The notes: generated by a model not told the origin, from the sequence alone. Positions 1-9,827 are shown, counted from the first letter of the stretch. The stretch is DNA of 64,000 bases from Chloroflexota bacterium (GCA_029782215.1 JAKOVD010000079.1:82729-146728); one strand, 5' to 3'. Numbers and translations are program-made.

Positions 1-2781
1 CAGGGGCAGATTGGCCAACAGACCGCGCTGCACCGTGCAGGGCGGCAGCGACTCGATGAAGAGACGCCCGTAGCTCTTGCTCACCAGGCGGCGGTCGAGG
101 ATGACGCAGATGCCGCGGTCGCTGGCCGAGCGGATCAAACGGCCAAAGCCCTGGCGCAGGGCCAGGATCGCCTCCGGCACCGAGTAGTTGTAGAAGGGCG
201 AGTCGAAGGTCTCGGAGCGGGCGGCGACGATGGGGTCCGTGGGAACGGCAAAGGGCAGGCGGATGATGGCCAGGGCGCTCAGCGCCTCCCCCTGCACGTC
301 CACGCCCTCCCAGAAGCTGCGCGTGCCCATGATCACGGCCCGTTCCGTCAGCCGGAAGGCATCCAGGATCTGCTGCCGGGAACCGCCCTCACCCTGGACG
401 TAGACCGTCAGGCCCTCCTGTTCCAGGGGTTCGCGCAGGGCCTCGGCTGTGCGCTGGAGCTGGGCATACGAGGTAAACAGCGCCATCAACCGGCCCCTGG
501 TGGCGATGGCAAGCTGGAGGATGGCCTGCTCGACCCGCATCTGAAAAGCCGGCTCGTTGGGCTCCGGCATGTCGGTGGGCAGGTAGAGCAACGCCGATGT
601 CTTGTAGTCGAAGGGGCTGTCCAGCGCCTGCTCGACGGCATCGTCCATGCTCAGACGGCCCCGCAGATAGTCAAAGCTGTTGGAGGTCCGCAGGGTGGCC
701 GAGGTCAGGATGACCGTGTCCTTGGGCAGGAAGAGGTAGCGCTGGATGAGATTGCCTACGTGCAGGGGGGCGCTGTGCACGGCTACGCTGGCGTACTGCT
801 GCGAGTAGCGAATCCAGTAGATCGTGTTGGCGTCGGGCTTGAAGACGGCAGCGTTGAGTACCTCGAAGGTCTCTTCCAGCGCCCGCAGGATGGCTTGCAG
901 GTCCGCCACCAGGTCCTCGAGGTTGGCGATGTTGTAGTTGCTCAGGTCCAACAGGGCGTTGACCAGCCGTTCCAGGTCCTCGTTGAAACGCTTCAGCACC
1001 AGCGACAGGTTGTCCCACGTGATCTCGACGTTGACCCAGGCAGGCTGCACCCGCTCGGTGTTGGTGATGCGCTGGCGTATGTCATAGTTGTTCGACTCCT
1101 GGCGGCGGTCGCCGGCCTGGTTCCTGACGAAGCGCTCGATGGCATCCATGACCTCGAACATGCGGTAGTCAAGGGTGGGAACCGCATCCGCCAAACCTGA
1201 GGTCAGGGCGACAACCCGCTCGGCCTTGTCCAGCGGGCAGGCGTTGCGCACCGCCGTCGCCACATCGGACAGGAGGCCCACACCCTTGTTCTCGCTGCTG
1301 GTGGGCGCCAGGTCGCGCAGGTGGCCGACAAAGGTGGGATGATCCACCACCAGCGCCAGGGCGTTGGTGGTGGCGTCCTCCAGGTGGTGCGCCTCATCGA
1401 CCACCAGGTACTGGTAGGCAGGCAGCACCTTGTTCTCGGTGGCGATGTCGGCCAGGAGCAGGGCATGGTTGACGATGACGACGTGCGAGGCCTCGGCCTG
1501 GCGGCGGGCGCGATAGAAGTAGTCCTCCACGCCCTTGCCAGTGTTGCAGCGGGCGGGCGAACAGCTTCCGCTCTCCGAGCAGACACGCTGCCACACGGCG
1601 CGCTCACGGGCGTTGACCAGGGTCAGCTCGCTGACGTCGCCGGTGGTGGTCGTGGGCAGCCAGACCAGGATGCGGGCAAGCACGCTCACGTCGGTGCCGT
1701 TCAGATCGGCGCGCTGCAGGAGGTTGTTGAGCCGGCGCATGCAGAGGTAGTTGCCCCGCCCCTTCATGACCGTGACCTTGAATTCATAGGGCAGGATGGC
1801 GCGCAGGTCGGGCAGGTCCTTGTGGTAAAGCTGCTCCTGCAGGTTGATCGTATTGCTGCTAACGACCACGCGTTGTCCGGTCTGCACCGCCCAGGACAGG
1901 GCGGGGATCAGGTACGCCACCGATTTGCCCGTGCCCGTGCCCGCCTCGATCATGAAGTGCTGGCTGCGGTTGAAAGCGTCGGCGACCGAGCGCAGCATGG
2001 CCACCTGCTGCGGCCGGTGCTCGTAGTTCGTGAAGTGACTGCCGAACGCACCCCCCGGCTCCAGGTGGGCGGCCAGGCCATCGACGTCCAGCGGCTGCGG
2101 CTGCGCCACCGGCTCCAGCGGCTGCAGGTCCTCGAAGAGGGGCCCGGCGTCCGTGCGCCCTTCGGGCGGCCGGATGCTGACTTTGCGCAGGACGGCGTCG
2201 CGTTCCCCTTCGAGGAAGACCTCCTTCAGGGGCCACTCGGTGTTCTGGGCGATGCGGTTGATCTGCTTCAACACCGCCGGCGGCAGCGCCATCAGCCGCT
2301 CGCGCAGCGCCTCGAAGACGTACATCGAGGCTTCGGCGTCTTCGAAGGCCCGGTGGGCGTTTTCCAGCGGGATGCCCAACGCCTCCGCCACGCGGCCCAG
2401 CTTGTAGCTGGCCAGGCCCGGGAACAGAATGACGGCAAGCTCCCAGGTGTCCACCTGGGGGTTGAACGCCATCAGGTTGTTGGCCTTAAGGAAGGCAGCG
2501 TCGAAGCCGATGTTGTGCCCCACCAGGGGGGCGTCGCCGATGAAACGGCGGAAGGCGGCGGCGACGTTGGCCAAGGGGGGCGCCTCATCGATCTCGGCCT
2601 GGCTGATGCCGGTGAGCTGCAGGATGGCGCGCGGGACCGCCCGGCCCGGGTTGACGACGGTGGAAAAGGCCTCCAAGACCTCGCCGTCGCGGAAGCGGAC
2701 GCCGCCCAGCTCGATGATGCTGTCGCGTTCAGCGTTGAAGCCCGTGGTTTCGAGGTCCACGGCCACATAGACACGGCCCAT
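1..2781 (-). CDS. dinG: DinG-family ATP-dependent DNA helicase with N-terminal DnaQ-like 3'-5' exonuclease domain (3' end runs off window)
   Basis: Absent from ORF track because it has no stop in the window. Reverse translation from ATG 2781 gives MGRVYVAVDLETTGFNAERDSIIELGG (exonuclease motif I). EAGTGTGKSVAYLIP Walker A lies near 1900, VVDEAHHL near 1390, and FIESLPPCTVQRGLLANLP ends at nt 1. No other minus frame-0 ORF is listed, so the frame is open throughout. Plus ORF 1321..2796 is its antisense shadow. Confidence 0.9.
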   Translation of the reverse strand, partial: MGRVYVAVDLETTGFNAERDSIIELGGVRFRDGEVLEAFSTVVNPGRAVPRAILQLTGISQAEIDEAPPLANVAAAFRRFIGDAPLVGHNIGFDAAFLKANNLMAFNPQVDTWELAVILFPGLASYKLGRVAEALGIPLENAHRAFEDAEASMYVFEALRERLMALPPAVLKQINRIAQNTEWPLKEVFLEGERDAVLRKVSIRPPEGRTDAGPLFEDLQPLEPVAQPQPLDVDGLAAHLEPGGAFGSHFTNYEHRPQQVAMLRSVADAFNRSQHFMIEAGTGTGKSVAYLIPALSWAVQTGQRVVVSSNTINLQEQLYHKDLPDLRAILPYEFKVTVMKGRGNYLCMRRLNNLLQRADLNGTDVSVLARILVWLPTTTTGDVSELTLVNARERAVWQRVCSESGSCSPARCNTGKGVEDYFYRARRQAEASHVVIVNHALLLADIATENKVLPAYQYLVVDEAHHLEDATTNALALVVDHPTFVGHLRDLAPTSSENKGVGLLSDVATAVRNACPLDKAERVVALTSGLADAVPTLDYRMFEVMDAIERFVRNQAGDRRQESNNYDIRQRITNTERVQPAWVNVEITWDNLSLVLKRFNEDLERLVNALLDLSNYNIANLEDLVADLQAILRALEETFEVLNAAVFKPDANTIYWIRYSQQYASVAVHSAPLHVGNLIQRYLFLPKDTVILTSATLRTSNSFDYLRGRLSMDDAVEQALDSPFDYKTSALLYLPTDMPEPNEPAFQMRVEQAILQLAIATRGRLMALFTSYAQLQRTAEALREPLEQEGLTVYVQGEGGSRQQILDAFRLTERAVIMGTRSFWEGVDVQGEALSALAIIRLPFAVPTDPIVAARSETFDSPFYNYSVPEAILALRQGFGRLIRSASDRGICVILDRRLVSKSYGRLFIESLPPCTVQRGLLANLPL

Positions 2782-2783
2782 AG

Positions 2784-2953
2784 GGTTGAAGGTTGAAAGT
2801 TGAAGGTTGAACGTTCAAACGTTGGCACGTTGGAACGTTCGCAGGTGGTGTGAGAGAGTAGGTTTGGGCGGAGCAGTGAGGTAAAGAAAAGTAGAGCAAG
2901 GGGCGGTCGCCCATCAGTTGAACCTTCAACCTTCAACGTTGAACGTGCAACCG
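2784..2953. repeat. Inverted pair of GTTGAA(G/C)GTT-type repeat blocks (hairpin/MITE-like element) in the dinG/sulfatase divergent intergenic region
   Basis: Block 2784..2842 (gttgaaggttgaaagttgaaggttgaacgttcaaacgttgg...) and block 2917..2953 (gttgaaccttcaaccttcaacgttgaacg...) are reverse complements of one another. They contain 12-bp palindromes TTGAACGTTCAA and TTCAACGTTGAA and are separated by about 75 nt. Confidence 0.7.
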
Positions 2954-3084
2954 TTTTCAGAGTTTAGCACAGATGTACGGATTGACTGCTATGACGGGCC
3001 AGGCGTGCGGGCCATCCTTTGCCCGCCGCCGATGCTCGTGCTAGAGTGCCTTAAACGCCGCCAACCGCCGGCGACAAGGCAGCC

Positions 3085-4479
3085 ATGGCCCCCAATATCC
3101 TCCTGATCCTAACCGACGACCACGCCCAGTGGGCGCTGGGCTGTTATGGCAACGGCGAGGTCCGCACGCCCACACTTGATGCGCTGGCCGCGGGCGGCGC
3201 CAGGATGGCCAACGCCTTCACCGTCACGCCGGTCTGCTCGCCCGCCCGCGCCACGCTGCTGACCGGGCGCCTGCCCTCGCAGCACGGCATTCACGACTGG
3301 CTGCAGGAATCGGACCCGCTTGTCGGCAATCACAACTGGCTGGCGGCCGAGACCACCCTGGCGCAGCTCCTCGCCGGGCAGGGCGGCTACACGGTGGGCC
3401 TGTGCGGGAAATGGCACTGCGGCCGCAGCGACACGCCGCAGCCGGGCTTCGGCTACTGGTTCAGCGATGACCGCACCTCGCCGCCGCACCGGGGCGAGCA
3501 CGCCTACCGTTTCCAGGACCAGCTCGTCCCTCTCTCCGGCTTCAGCAGCCACATCCACACACAACGGGCGCTGGACTTCCTGCGCCGGCGGGACCGCGCC
3601 AGGCCCTTCTTCCTCATCGTCGCCCACACCGGCTGTCACAGCCCCTGGCGCGACCAGCCGGAAAGATGGACGCGCCACTACAGGGACGCCGCCTTCCATG
3701 ACCTCCCCGAGGACGCGCCCTATCCCTTTGGCTCGTCCACAGGCGAAGAAGCGCCTGTGTCCGCTGAAGAGCAGCACGCCGCCCACGTCCAGTACTACGC
3801 CGCCGCCAGCGACCTCGACGAGCAGGTGGGCTTGCTGATCGATGAGCTGGACCTGCAGGGCATTCTGCAGGACACCCTGGTCTTCTATGTGTCAGATCAC
3901 GGCCTGAACCTGGGCCACCACGGCCTCTGGGGCAAGGGCAACGCCAGCCGCCCGGCCAACATGCTGGAGGAATCGATCCGCGTGCCGTTGATCCTGCACT
4001 ATCCCCGCGCCATCGCCGCCGGGAGGGTGCGCACGGAATTCGTGGACCATACCGACCTGTTCCAAACCCTGCTCGACTTCGCAGGCGTCTCGTTGAGCGC
4101 GGACCAGCGCAGCCGGCGCCGCTATCCGGGACGCAGCTTCCGGCCGCTGCTGCAGGGACAAGCGCTCCCCGATTGGCGCACAGTCCAGTACGGCGAGTAC
4201 GGCGACGTGCGCATGATCCGCACGACAGGCAGCAAGCTGGTGCGGCGCTACCCGGACGGCCCCCACCTGCTCTTCGACCTGAACGGCGACCCTCGGGAAA
4301 CCACGAACCTCTTCGCCGCCAGCCAATACCAGCCCCTCGCGCAGGACCTGACCGCCCGCATGGAAGCCTTCTTCAACACCTTCGAAGAACCGGCCAGGTC
4401 GGGTCTGAACGTAACCAGCCTCCCGCACTACAACGACGCCGAAGCCTGGCGGCCGGTCGAGAGACGCGGCAATGAGTGA
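3085..4479 (+). CDS. Arylsulfatase-family sulfatase (formylglycine-dependent)
   Basis: 464 aa. N-terminal ILLILTDDH and the sulfatase signature TPVCSPARATLLTGR (C-x-P-x-R). Confidence 0.9.
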   Translation: MAPNILLILTDDHAQWALGCYGNGEVRTPTLDALAAGGARMANAFTVTPVCSPARATLLTGRLPSQHGIHDWLQESDPLVGNHNWLAAETTLAQLLAGQGGYTVGLCGKWHCGRSDTPQPGFGYWFSDDRTSPPHRGEHAYRFQDQLVPLSGFSSHIHTQRALDFLRRRDRARPFFLIVAHTGCHSPWRDQPERWTRHYRDAAFHDLPEDAPYPFGSSTGEEAPVSAEEQHAAHVQYYAAASDLDEQVGLLIDELDLQGILQDTLVFYVSDHGLNLGHHGLWGKGNASRPANMLEESIRVPLILHYPRAIAAGRVRTEFVDHTDLFQTLLDFAGVSLSADQRSRRRYPGRSFRPLLQGQALPDWRTVQYGEYGDVRMIRTTGSKLVRRYPDGPHLLFDLNGDPRETTNLFAASQYQPLAQDLTARMEAFFNTFEEPARSGLNVTSLPHYNDAEAWRPVERRGNE

Positions 4480-6118
4480 CACTGCCGCCCCCGCCGGGGA
4501 TGCCGGGAGAGTCCTCAGCGACCCCATCCGCTTGGAGGTGTTCAAGCATCTCTTCGCCGCGGCCGCCGAGGAGATGGGCGTCGTCCTGCGCCGCACCTCC
4601 TACTCACCCAACATCAAGGAACGGCGAGACTTCTCCTGCGCCCTGTTCGACCGTCACGGACGCATGGTCGCCCAGGCGGCGCACATCCCCGTCCACCTGG
4701 GGGCAATGCCGCTGTCGGTGCAGGCGGCGCTGGCAGCGTTCGACCTCGCGCCCGGTGACGCCGTCCTCCTCAACGATCCCTTTCGCGGGGGGACGCACCT
4801 CCCCGACCTGACCCTGGTCACTCCCATCTTCGTGGACACGGAGGCCGGCCCCACGCTGGCCGGCTTCAGCGCCAGCCGCGCCCATCACGCCGACATCGGC
4901 GGCATGTCGCCGGGATCGATGCCGCTGGCGACAGAGCTCTACCAGGAAGGACTGGTGATCCCGCCCGTCAGGCTGGTGGAGGCGGGGCGCCTGAACCAGG
5001 GCGTCTGGGACCTGGTCCTGGCCAACGTGCGCACGCCGGTGGAACGGGCAGGCGACCTGCGGGCGCAGCTTGCCGCCAACCGCAAGGGGGCAGAGCGCCT
5101 GGCCGGTCTGGCGGCGCGCTATGGCCTCGCCGACGTGGAACAGGCGATGGCGGGGCTGCTTGCCTACACCGAGCGCATGACCCGCCGCCTGATCGCCGGG
5201 CTGTCCGACGGCGTCTATCGCTTTGAGGACGTCATGGACGATGACGGCCTGGATCCGGCCCCGGCTACGATGGCTGTAGCCGTCACCATCGCCGGCGAGG
5301 AAGTCACCGTCGATTTCACCGGCACCTCGCCACAGCGCCGCGGCAGCATCAATGCCGTTTACGCCATCACCCTGGCGGCGGTCTACTACGCCTTTCGCTG
5401 CCTCATCGGCCAGGACATTCCCTCCAACAGCGGGTGCCTGGCGCCGATCACGGTCATCGCCCCCGAGGGCACGCTGGTCAACGCCGTCCGCCCCGCCGCC
5501 GTGGCCGGGGGCAACGTGGAGACGGCGCAGCGCATTGTCGACGTCCTCCTGGGCGCCCTGGCCCAGGCGGCGCCGGACCGCGTGCCGGCCGCCAGCCAGG
5601 GGACGATGAACAACACGACCATCGGCGGCTGGGACGGCGAGCGGGGCCAGCCCTTTGCCTACTACGAGACCATCGGCGGCGGCATGGGGGCGCGTCCGGG
5701 CGGGGACGGCGCCAGCGCCATCCATTCCCACATGACCAACACCCTGAACACCCCCGTCGAGGCGCTGGAATACGCCTACCCCCTGCGCGTCCGGCGCTAC
5801 GAGGTGCGGCGCGGGTCCGGCGGCGCCGGGCGCTGGTGGGGCGGGGACGGCATCACCCGCGCGGTGGAGCTGCTGGCGCCTGCCGCCGTGACATTGCTGA
5901 CCGAGCGGCGCCGCTTCGCGCCCTACGGCCTGGCCGGGGGGCGGGCCGGTCAGCCAGGCCGCAACCAGGTGACGCGGACGACCGGGGAGATCGTCGAGCT
6001 GCCGGGCAAGGTGACGCTTGCCGCGGCGGCGGGGGAGGTGGTGAGCGTGCACACGCCGGGCGGGGGTGGGTGGGGTTCTGAGTTGTCCACCACTTTTCCC
6101 CGGAGTTATCCACCATGA
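4472..6118 (+). CDS. Hydantoinase B / oxoprolinase family protein (HyuB-like)
   Basis: 548 aa. N-terminal DPIRLEVFKHLFAAAAEEMGVVLRRTSYSPNIKERRDFSCALFD is typical of HyuB/OplB. Overlaps the sulfatase by 8 nt and the next gene by 4 nt. Confidence 0.88.
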   Translation: MSDTAAPAGDAGRVLSDPIRLEVFKHLFAAAAEEMGVVLRRTSYSPNIKERRDFSCALFDRHGRMVAQAAHIPVHLGAMPLSVQAALAAFDLAPGDAVLLNDPFRGGTHLPDLTLVTPIFVDTEAGPTLAGFSASRAHHADIGGMSPGSMPLATELYQEGLVIPPVRLVEAGRLNQGVWDLVLANVRTPVERAGDLRAQLAANRKGAERLAGLAARYGLADVEQAMAGLLAYTERMTRRLIAGLSDGVYRFEDVMDDDGLDPAPATMAVAVTIAGEEVTVDFTGTSPQRRGSINAVYAITLAAVYYAFRCLIGQDIPSNSGCLAPITVIAPEGTLVNAVRPAAVAGGNVETAQRIVDVLLGALAQAAPDRVPAASQGTMNNTTIGGWDGERGQPFAYYETIGGGMGARPGGDGASAIHSHMTNTLNTPVEALEYAYPLRVRRYEVRRGSGGAGRWWGGDGITRAVELLAPAAVTLLTERRRFAPYGLAGGRAGQPGRNQVTRTTGEIVELPGKVTLAAAAGEVVSVHTPGGGGWGSELSTTFPRSYPP

Positions 6119-7149
6119 AATTCGACGCCATTCTCCAGGCCGACACCAGCCAGCAGGTCGTGGCCGCAGCCAGCGCCGCTGAAGGCCTGGGCTTTGATTG
6201 CCTGTGGACCGCCGAGACCCAGCACGACCCCTTTCTGCAGCTCGTGCTGGCCGCGGATTACACCTCGAGCATTCACCTCGGCACCGCCATCGCCGTAGCT
6301 TTTGCCCGCAGTCCCATGCACATGGCCTACGTGGCCTGGGACATGGCCCGCTACAGTGAGGGCCGCTTCATCCTGGGCCTGGGCACGCAGATCCAGGCGC
6401 ACATCGAGCGCCGCTTCGCCATGCCCTGGGGCCACCCGGCGGCACGGCTGCGCGAGTACATCCTCGCCCTGCGCCACATCTGGGACGTCTGGCAGAACGG
6501 CGGCAAGCTCAACTTCCGGGGCGAGTTCTACAAGATGACGCTGATGGCGCCCTTCTTCAACCCTGGCCCCATTGCCCACCCCACCATCCCGATCTTCATC
6601 GCCGGCGTCAACCAGAAGCTGTGCGAGCTGGCGGGCGAGCTGGCCGACGGCTTTCACGTGCACCCCTTTCATTCGGTGGCCTACCTGCAGGAGCGCGTGC
6701 AGCCCTGGGTGGCAGCAGGCGCCGCCGCCGCGGGGCGCGGTCTGGCTGATGTGGAGTTCAGCACGACCGTCTTCGCCATTGTGGGCGACACCGAAGCCGA
6801 GCGGGCGGCGGCGCGTGAGGCCGTACGCCAGCAGATCAGCTTCTATGCCTCCACCCCCTCCTACCGCCCCGTGCTCGACCTGCACGGCTGGGGCGATTTG
6901 GGCGAGCAGCTCGGACGCCTGGCCGTGCGCCAGCGCTGGGAGGAGATGCCCGCCCTGGTGCCGGACGACATGGTCGGCGTTTTCGCCGTGGAGGGCTCCT
7001 GGGCCGGCATCGGGCCGGCCATCCAGGCCCGCTACACCGGGCTGCTTGACCGCGTGGCCCTCTACCTGCCCTTTGTCCCCGGCGTCCGCGACGAGAGCTG
7101 GCGCCAGCTTCTGCGCAGCCTGAACCGGAGCGGAAGCCCCGCTGCCTGA
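6115..7149 (+). CDS. LLM-class (luciferase-like) flavin/F420-dependent oxidoreductase
   Basis: 344 aa. AEGLGFDCLWTAETQHDPF and RFILGLGTQ motifs are typical of luciferase-like monooxygenase-fold F420-dependent oxidoreductases. ATGA start/stop overlap with HyuB. Confidence 0.8.
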   Translation: MKFDAILQADTSQQVVAAASAAEGLGFDCLWTAETQHDPFLQLVLAADYTSSIHLGTAIAVAFARSPMHMAYVAWDMARYSEGRFILGLGTQIQAHIERRFAMPWGHPAARLREYILALRHIWDVWQNGGKLNFRGEFYKMTLMAPFFNPGPIAHPTIPIFIAGVNQKLCELAGELADGFHVHPFHSVAYLQERVQPWVAAGAAAAGRGLADVEFSTTVFAIVGDTEAERAAAREAVRQQISFYASTPSYRPVLDLHGWGDLGEQLGRLAVRQRWEEMPALVPDDMVGVFAVEGSWAGIGPAIQARYTGLLDRVALYLPFVPGVRDESWRQLLRSLNRSGSPAA

Positions 7150-7150
7150 T

Positions 7151-7462
7151 TCAGTCCCGGATCGGCGCTGCTGCCAGAAGCGTAACGGGCACCTCGGCTT
7201 CGTCCACGACCCAGACGATGAAGCGCACGGCGGTGCGCTCGTTCCCATCGATCTCCACGTCCGTGAAGACGGGGATACAGGCAATGGCGATGCCGTCCTC
7301 TACCAGGAAACTACGTGCAATGGCAATCGCCTTGATCGCCTGGTTAACGGCATTAGCGCCGATAGATTGCACCTCAGCATGTTGGCGATCACGGACCACA
7401 CCTGCAATCGCACCAGCCACGGCGGAAGAACGCGAGTGGGCCGAAACCTTGATGATGTCCAT
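7151..7462 (-). CDS. spoVS: SpoVS-family protein
   Basis: 103 aa. MDIIKVSAHSRSSAVAGAIAGVVRDRQHAEVQSIGANAVNQAIKAIAIAR...IPVFTDVEIDGNERTAV closely parallels B. subtilis SpoVS. Confidence 0.85.
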   Translation of the reverse strand: MDIIKVSAHSRSSAVAGAIAGVVRDRQHAEVQSIGANAVNQAIKAIAIARSFLVEDGIAIACIPVFTDVEIDGNERTAVRFIVWVVDEAEVPVTLLAAAPIRD

Positions 7463-7625
7463 GTATCCGCTTCGTTGCAGGCAATACTACTGGTACGGGC
7501 CGGTGCGGCGAGAGCAAGCCCATTCCAGCAGGAAGACAGTGCAGTTCGACTATTCTACCTGACGGCTGGGGCGGAGGCCCAATTCGTCACCCGCCGTGCA
7601 ACCCACACTGCGACCCGCGCTGTGG

Positions 7626-7901
7626 TCAAGCCACCAGAAACTCCTCCAGCCTCAGGGTGGCGAAAAGCCGCTGCTCAACATCCTGCGGCAGCGCCTGCTC
7701 AGGTTCCGGCAAACGATGCACAAGGTAGATGGTCTTGCTCAACGTGTCGAGGACGATCTGGCAATCCTCACACTGGCCCAGGTGTGCTTCCAGCTCAGCG
7801 CAGAGATCAGCCGGTAACGTGTGATCGGCATAGTCGTTGAGCTGCGTGAGCATCTGAGCGCAGTTCTTGTGGGTGTGATAAGAGTGAGGATGAGCGGTCA
7901 T
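7626..7901 (-). CDS. Putative zinc-binding anti-sigma factor (ZAS-type)
   Basis: 91 aa with H-x3-C-x2-C (HLGQCEDC). 4-nt overlap with the upstream ECF sigma gene. Confidence 0.65.
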   Translation of the reverse strand: MTAHPHSYHTHKNCAQMLTQLNDYADHTLPADLCAELEAHLGQCEDCQIVLDTLSKTIYLVHRLPEPEQALPQDVEQRLFATLRLEEFLVA

Positions 7902-8524
7902 GAAGCAGACGTCTCCTCGACGGGTGAGGTGAAATACGGGGTGAGAAGCTCGCGCAGTCGCAGTCGCGCCCGGTGCAGCCGGACCTTGGTGGCCGAAACG
8001 CCGATGCCAAGGAGATCGGCCGTCTGTTCAGTGCTCAGACCTTCGATCTCCCGCAGGACGAAAACACTCCGCAGCGTATCGGGCAGCTGGGCGATGGCCT
8101 GCTCGATCACCTGGCGGGTCTCGCCGTCCAGGACATGTCCGGCAGGATAGTAGGTCCAGTCGCTGATCTCGTGGGGGATGTCCTCGTTGTCCAGGCTGGC
8201 TACGGGCTGGTCCAGCGAAATCTCCTCAGGCGTATGGCGGCGCAGACGCATGAGGGCCGCATTGGTGGCAATGCGGTGCAGCCAGGTGCCAAGGGCGCTG
8301 CGACCTTCGAATTCGTGTACATGCTTGCAGGCGCTGATGAAAGTCTCCTGCAGCACATCCTCGGCCTCATCGGGGTCGCCGGTCATGCGCAGGGCAACGG
8401 CGTAGACGCGTGGGGCGAAGCGCTTCAGCAGGCAGGCGCAGGCATGGCGGTCGCCTGATCGAAGGCCGGCCAAAAGCGCTTCTTCATCGCTGTAAACGTT
8501 CAGGTCAATGGGGATGACATTCAT
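7898..8524 (-). CDS. ECF-type RNA polymerase sigma-70 family factor
   Basis: 208 aa. Region 2 (DVLQETFISACKHVHEF) and region 4 HTH (LSTEQTADLLGIGVSATKVRLHRARLRLRE). Confidence 0.9.
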   Translation of the reverse strand: MNVIPIDLNVYSDEEALLAGLRSGDRHACACLLKRFAPRVYAVALRMTGDPDEAEDVLQETFISACKHVHEFEGRSALGTWLHRIATNAALMRLRRHTPEEISLDQPVASLDNEDIPHEISDWTYYPAGHVLDGETRQVIEQAIAQLPDTLRSVFVLREIEGLSTEQTADLLGIGVSATKVRLHRARLRLRELLTPYFTSPVEETSAS

Positions 8525-8561
8525 TTGGATGCACTGAGTGCCCGGGGGTTACGCCGTCATG

Positions 8562-9662
8562 CTAGGCACACGCGGCCAGAACGGCCTCGCTCATTTCCTG
8601 GCTGCGGCGGTCAGAGGTGGCGGTGTTGAGCAGACCGTTGGTGAAGTAGGCACAGATGAGCTGGCGGTCGAGATCGGCCCAGGCCGCGTGCGAGCGCATC
8701 CCGCCATGCCCAAAGGTGTGGGGACCGCTGTGACGGCCCATGAACGTGACGTAGCTGCCGCGCGGCGGCCCGCCGAGGGAGACGCCGTGAGCCCAGCGCG
8801 ACCGTCGCTGCAGCACCAGGTCCATCTGGCCAGGGTCAGGATTGCTGGGCGTGGTCAGCAGATCGACGACCTGCGGCTGGAACAGCCGTTGGGAATTCCA
8901 CTCGCCCCGCTGGAGCAATAGCTGGTAGAACAGGGTGTGTTCGTAGATCGTGGCATGGCCGGAGGCCGCCGGGATGAGCGAACCGCGGATGAGGCGGCGG
9001 TTGAGAATGAGCACCACCTCGCGCAGGTCCTTGTCATTGTGCTGGGCGACGGGCACGCTGCGCCGATCCCAGAGCGCACGCGGCAGGCGCATATAGGTTC
9101 TCTGCAGGCCCATAGGTTGGCAGAACTCCTCGGCCACGTAGCGGTCCAGCGGGCGGCCGTCCACCCGTCGAACCACCTCGCCAAGAATCCAGCCAAAGGT
9201 GAGCGCATGGTAGGCCACTTCCTGGCCGGGCGGCAGCTCCGGCGCTGAACGAGCGAGGGCGCGCGTGGTCAGGCGCCAGCTCGGCCAGACCCACGGCTGG
9301 CGGGCGGGATGGGCATTGGGGACACCGGCGCGATGGGTCAGCACATGGCGCACCGTGATCGCGCCCTTTTGGCGCTGGCCGAATTCCGGCCAGTAGTCGG
9401 CGACGGGGGCATCGAGGTCGATCTTGCCCTCTGTCACCAGCTTCAGCACGGAAACCGCGACGTAGGGTTTGGTGGCGCTGAACAACAGCCACAGGGTGTC
9501 CGGGGTTACCGGGCGGTGGCGTCGCACATCGGCCACGCCCGTGAAGCGATCGACGACGATCTGCCCGTGGCGCACGACCAGCAGATGCGCCCCTGGGTGC
9601 CATCCCTGTGCGTCATGCTCATCGAACAGGCGCTCGACCGCGGCGACGCCGCTGCTCGTCAT
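8562..9662 (-). CDS. Serine hydrolase / beta-lactamase-family protein
   Basis: S-x-x-K motif in LLFSATKPYVAVSVL. I place the start at ATG 9662 (MTSSGVAAVERLF...). The track ORF (to 10172) extends across the divergent hutH upstream region and reads like off-frame sequence. TAG stop. Confidence 0.8.
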   Translation of the reverse strand: MTSSGVAAVERLFDEHDAQGWHPGAHLLVVRHGQIVVDRFTGVADVRRHRPVTPDTLWLLFSATKPYVAVSVLKLVTEGKIDLDAPVADYWPEFGQRQKGAITVRHVLTHRAGVPNAHPARQPWVWPSWRLTTRALARSAPELPPGQEVAYHALTFGWILGEVVRRVDGRPLDRYVAEEFCQPMGLQRTYMRLPRALWDRRSVPVAQHNDKDLREVVLILNRRLIRGSLIPAASGHATIYEHTLFYQLLLQRGEWNSQRLFQPQVVDLLTTPSNPDPGQMDLVLQRRSRWAHGVSLGGPPRGSYVTFMGRHSGPHTFGHGGMRSHAAWADLDRQLICAYFTNGLLNTATSDRRSQEMSEAVLAACA

Positions 9663-9827
9663 TCCTACGTCTTCGGGCCGGTCAGCCTTAGCAAAACCAG
9701 ATACCATGACCGCAGTATGCCACACCCCATCCGGCGCGACAACAGGCGGCCGAAAACCGCATCCCGCCGGACTGCCAGACGGGAAACCACGCTTGCCAGG
9801 AGCTTGACCGCCGTCTATACTGCCGGA

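Noticed and set aside
1321-2796. Long plus-strand ORF (491 aa). Similar long ORFs occur opposite real genes: 4604..6052, 14828..16417, 34427..35443, 35885..37369, 42093..43352, 43814..45244, 51445..52677, 54057..55157, 56157..57500 and 62408..63589.
   Set aside because: All are Arg/Gly/Ala/Pro/His-rich with no recognisable motifs. Each lies antisense or out of frame to a gene with clear family signatures. These are typical high-GC shadow ORFs.
2800-2842. GAACGTTC-containing palindromes upstream of dinG, considered as LexA/Cheo-type SOS boxes.
   Set aside because: The motif is GAAC directly abutting GTTC, not GAAC-N4-GTTC. The same repeat also occurs inside the GT9 coding region. No similar site precedes the SRAP gene. 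It is better explained as a dispersed repeat.
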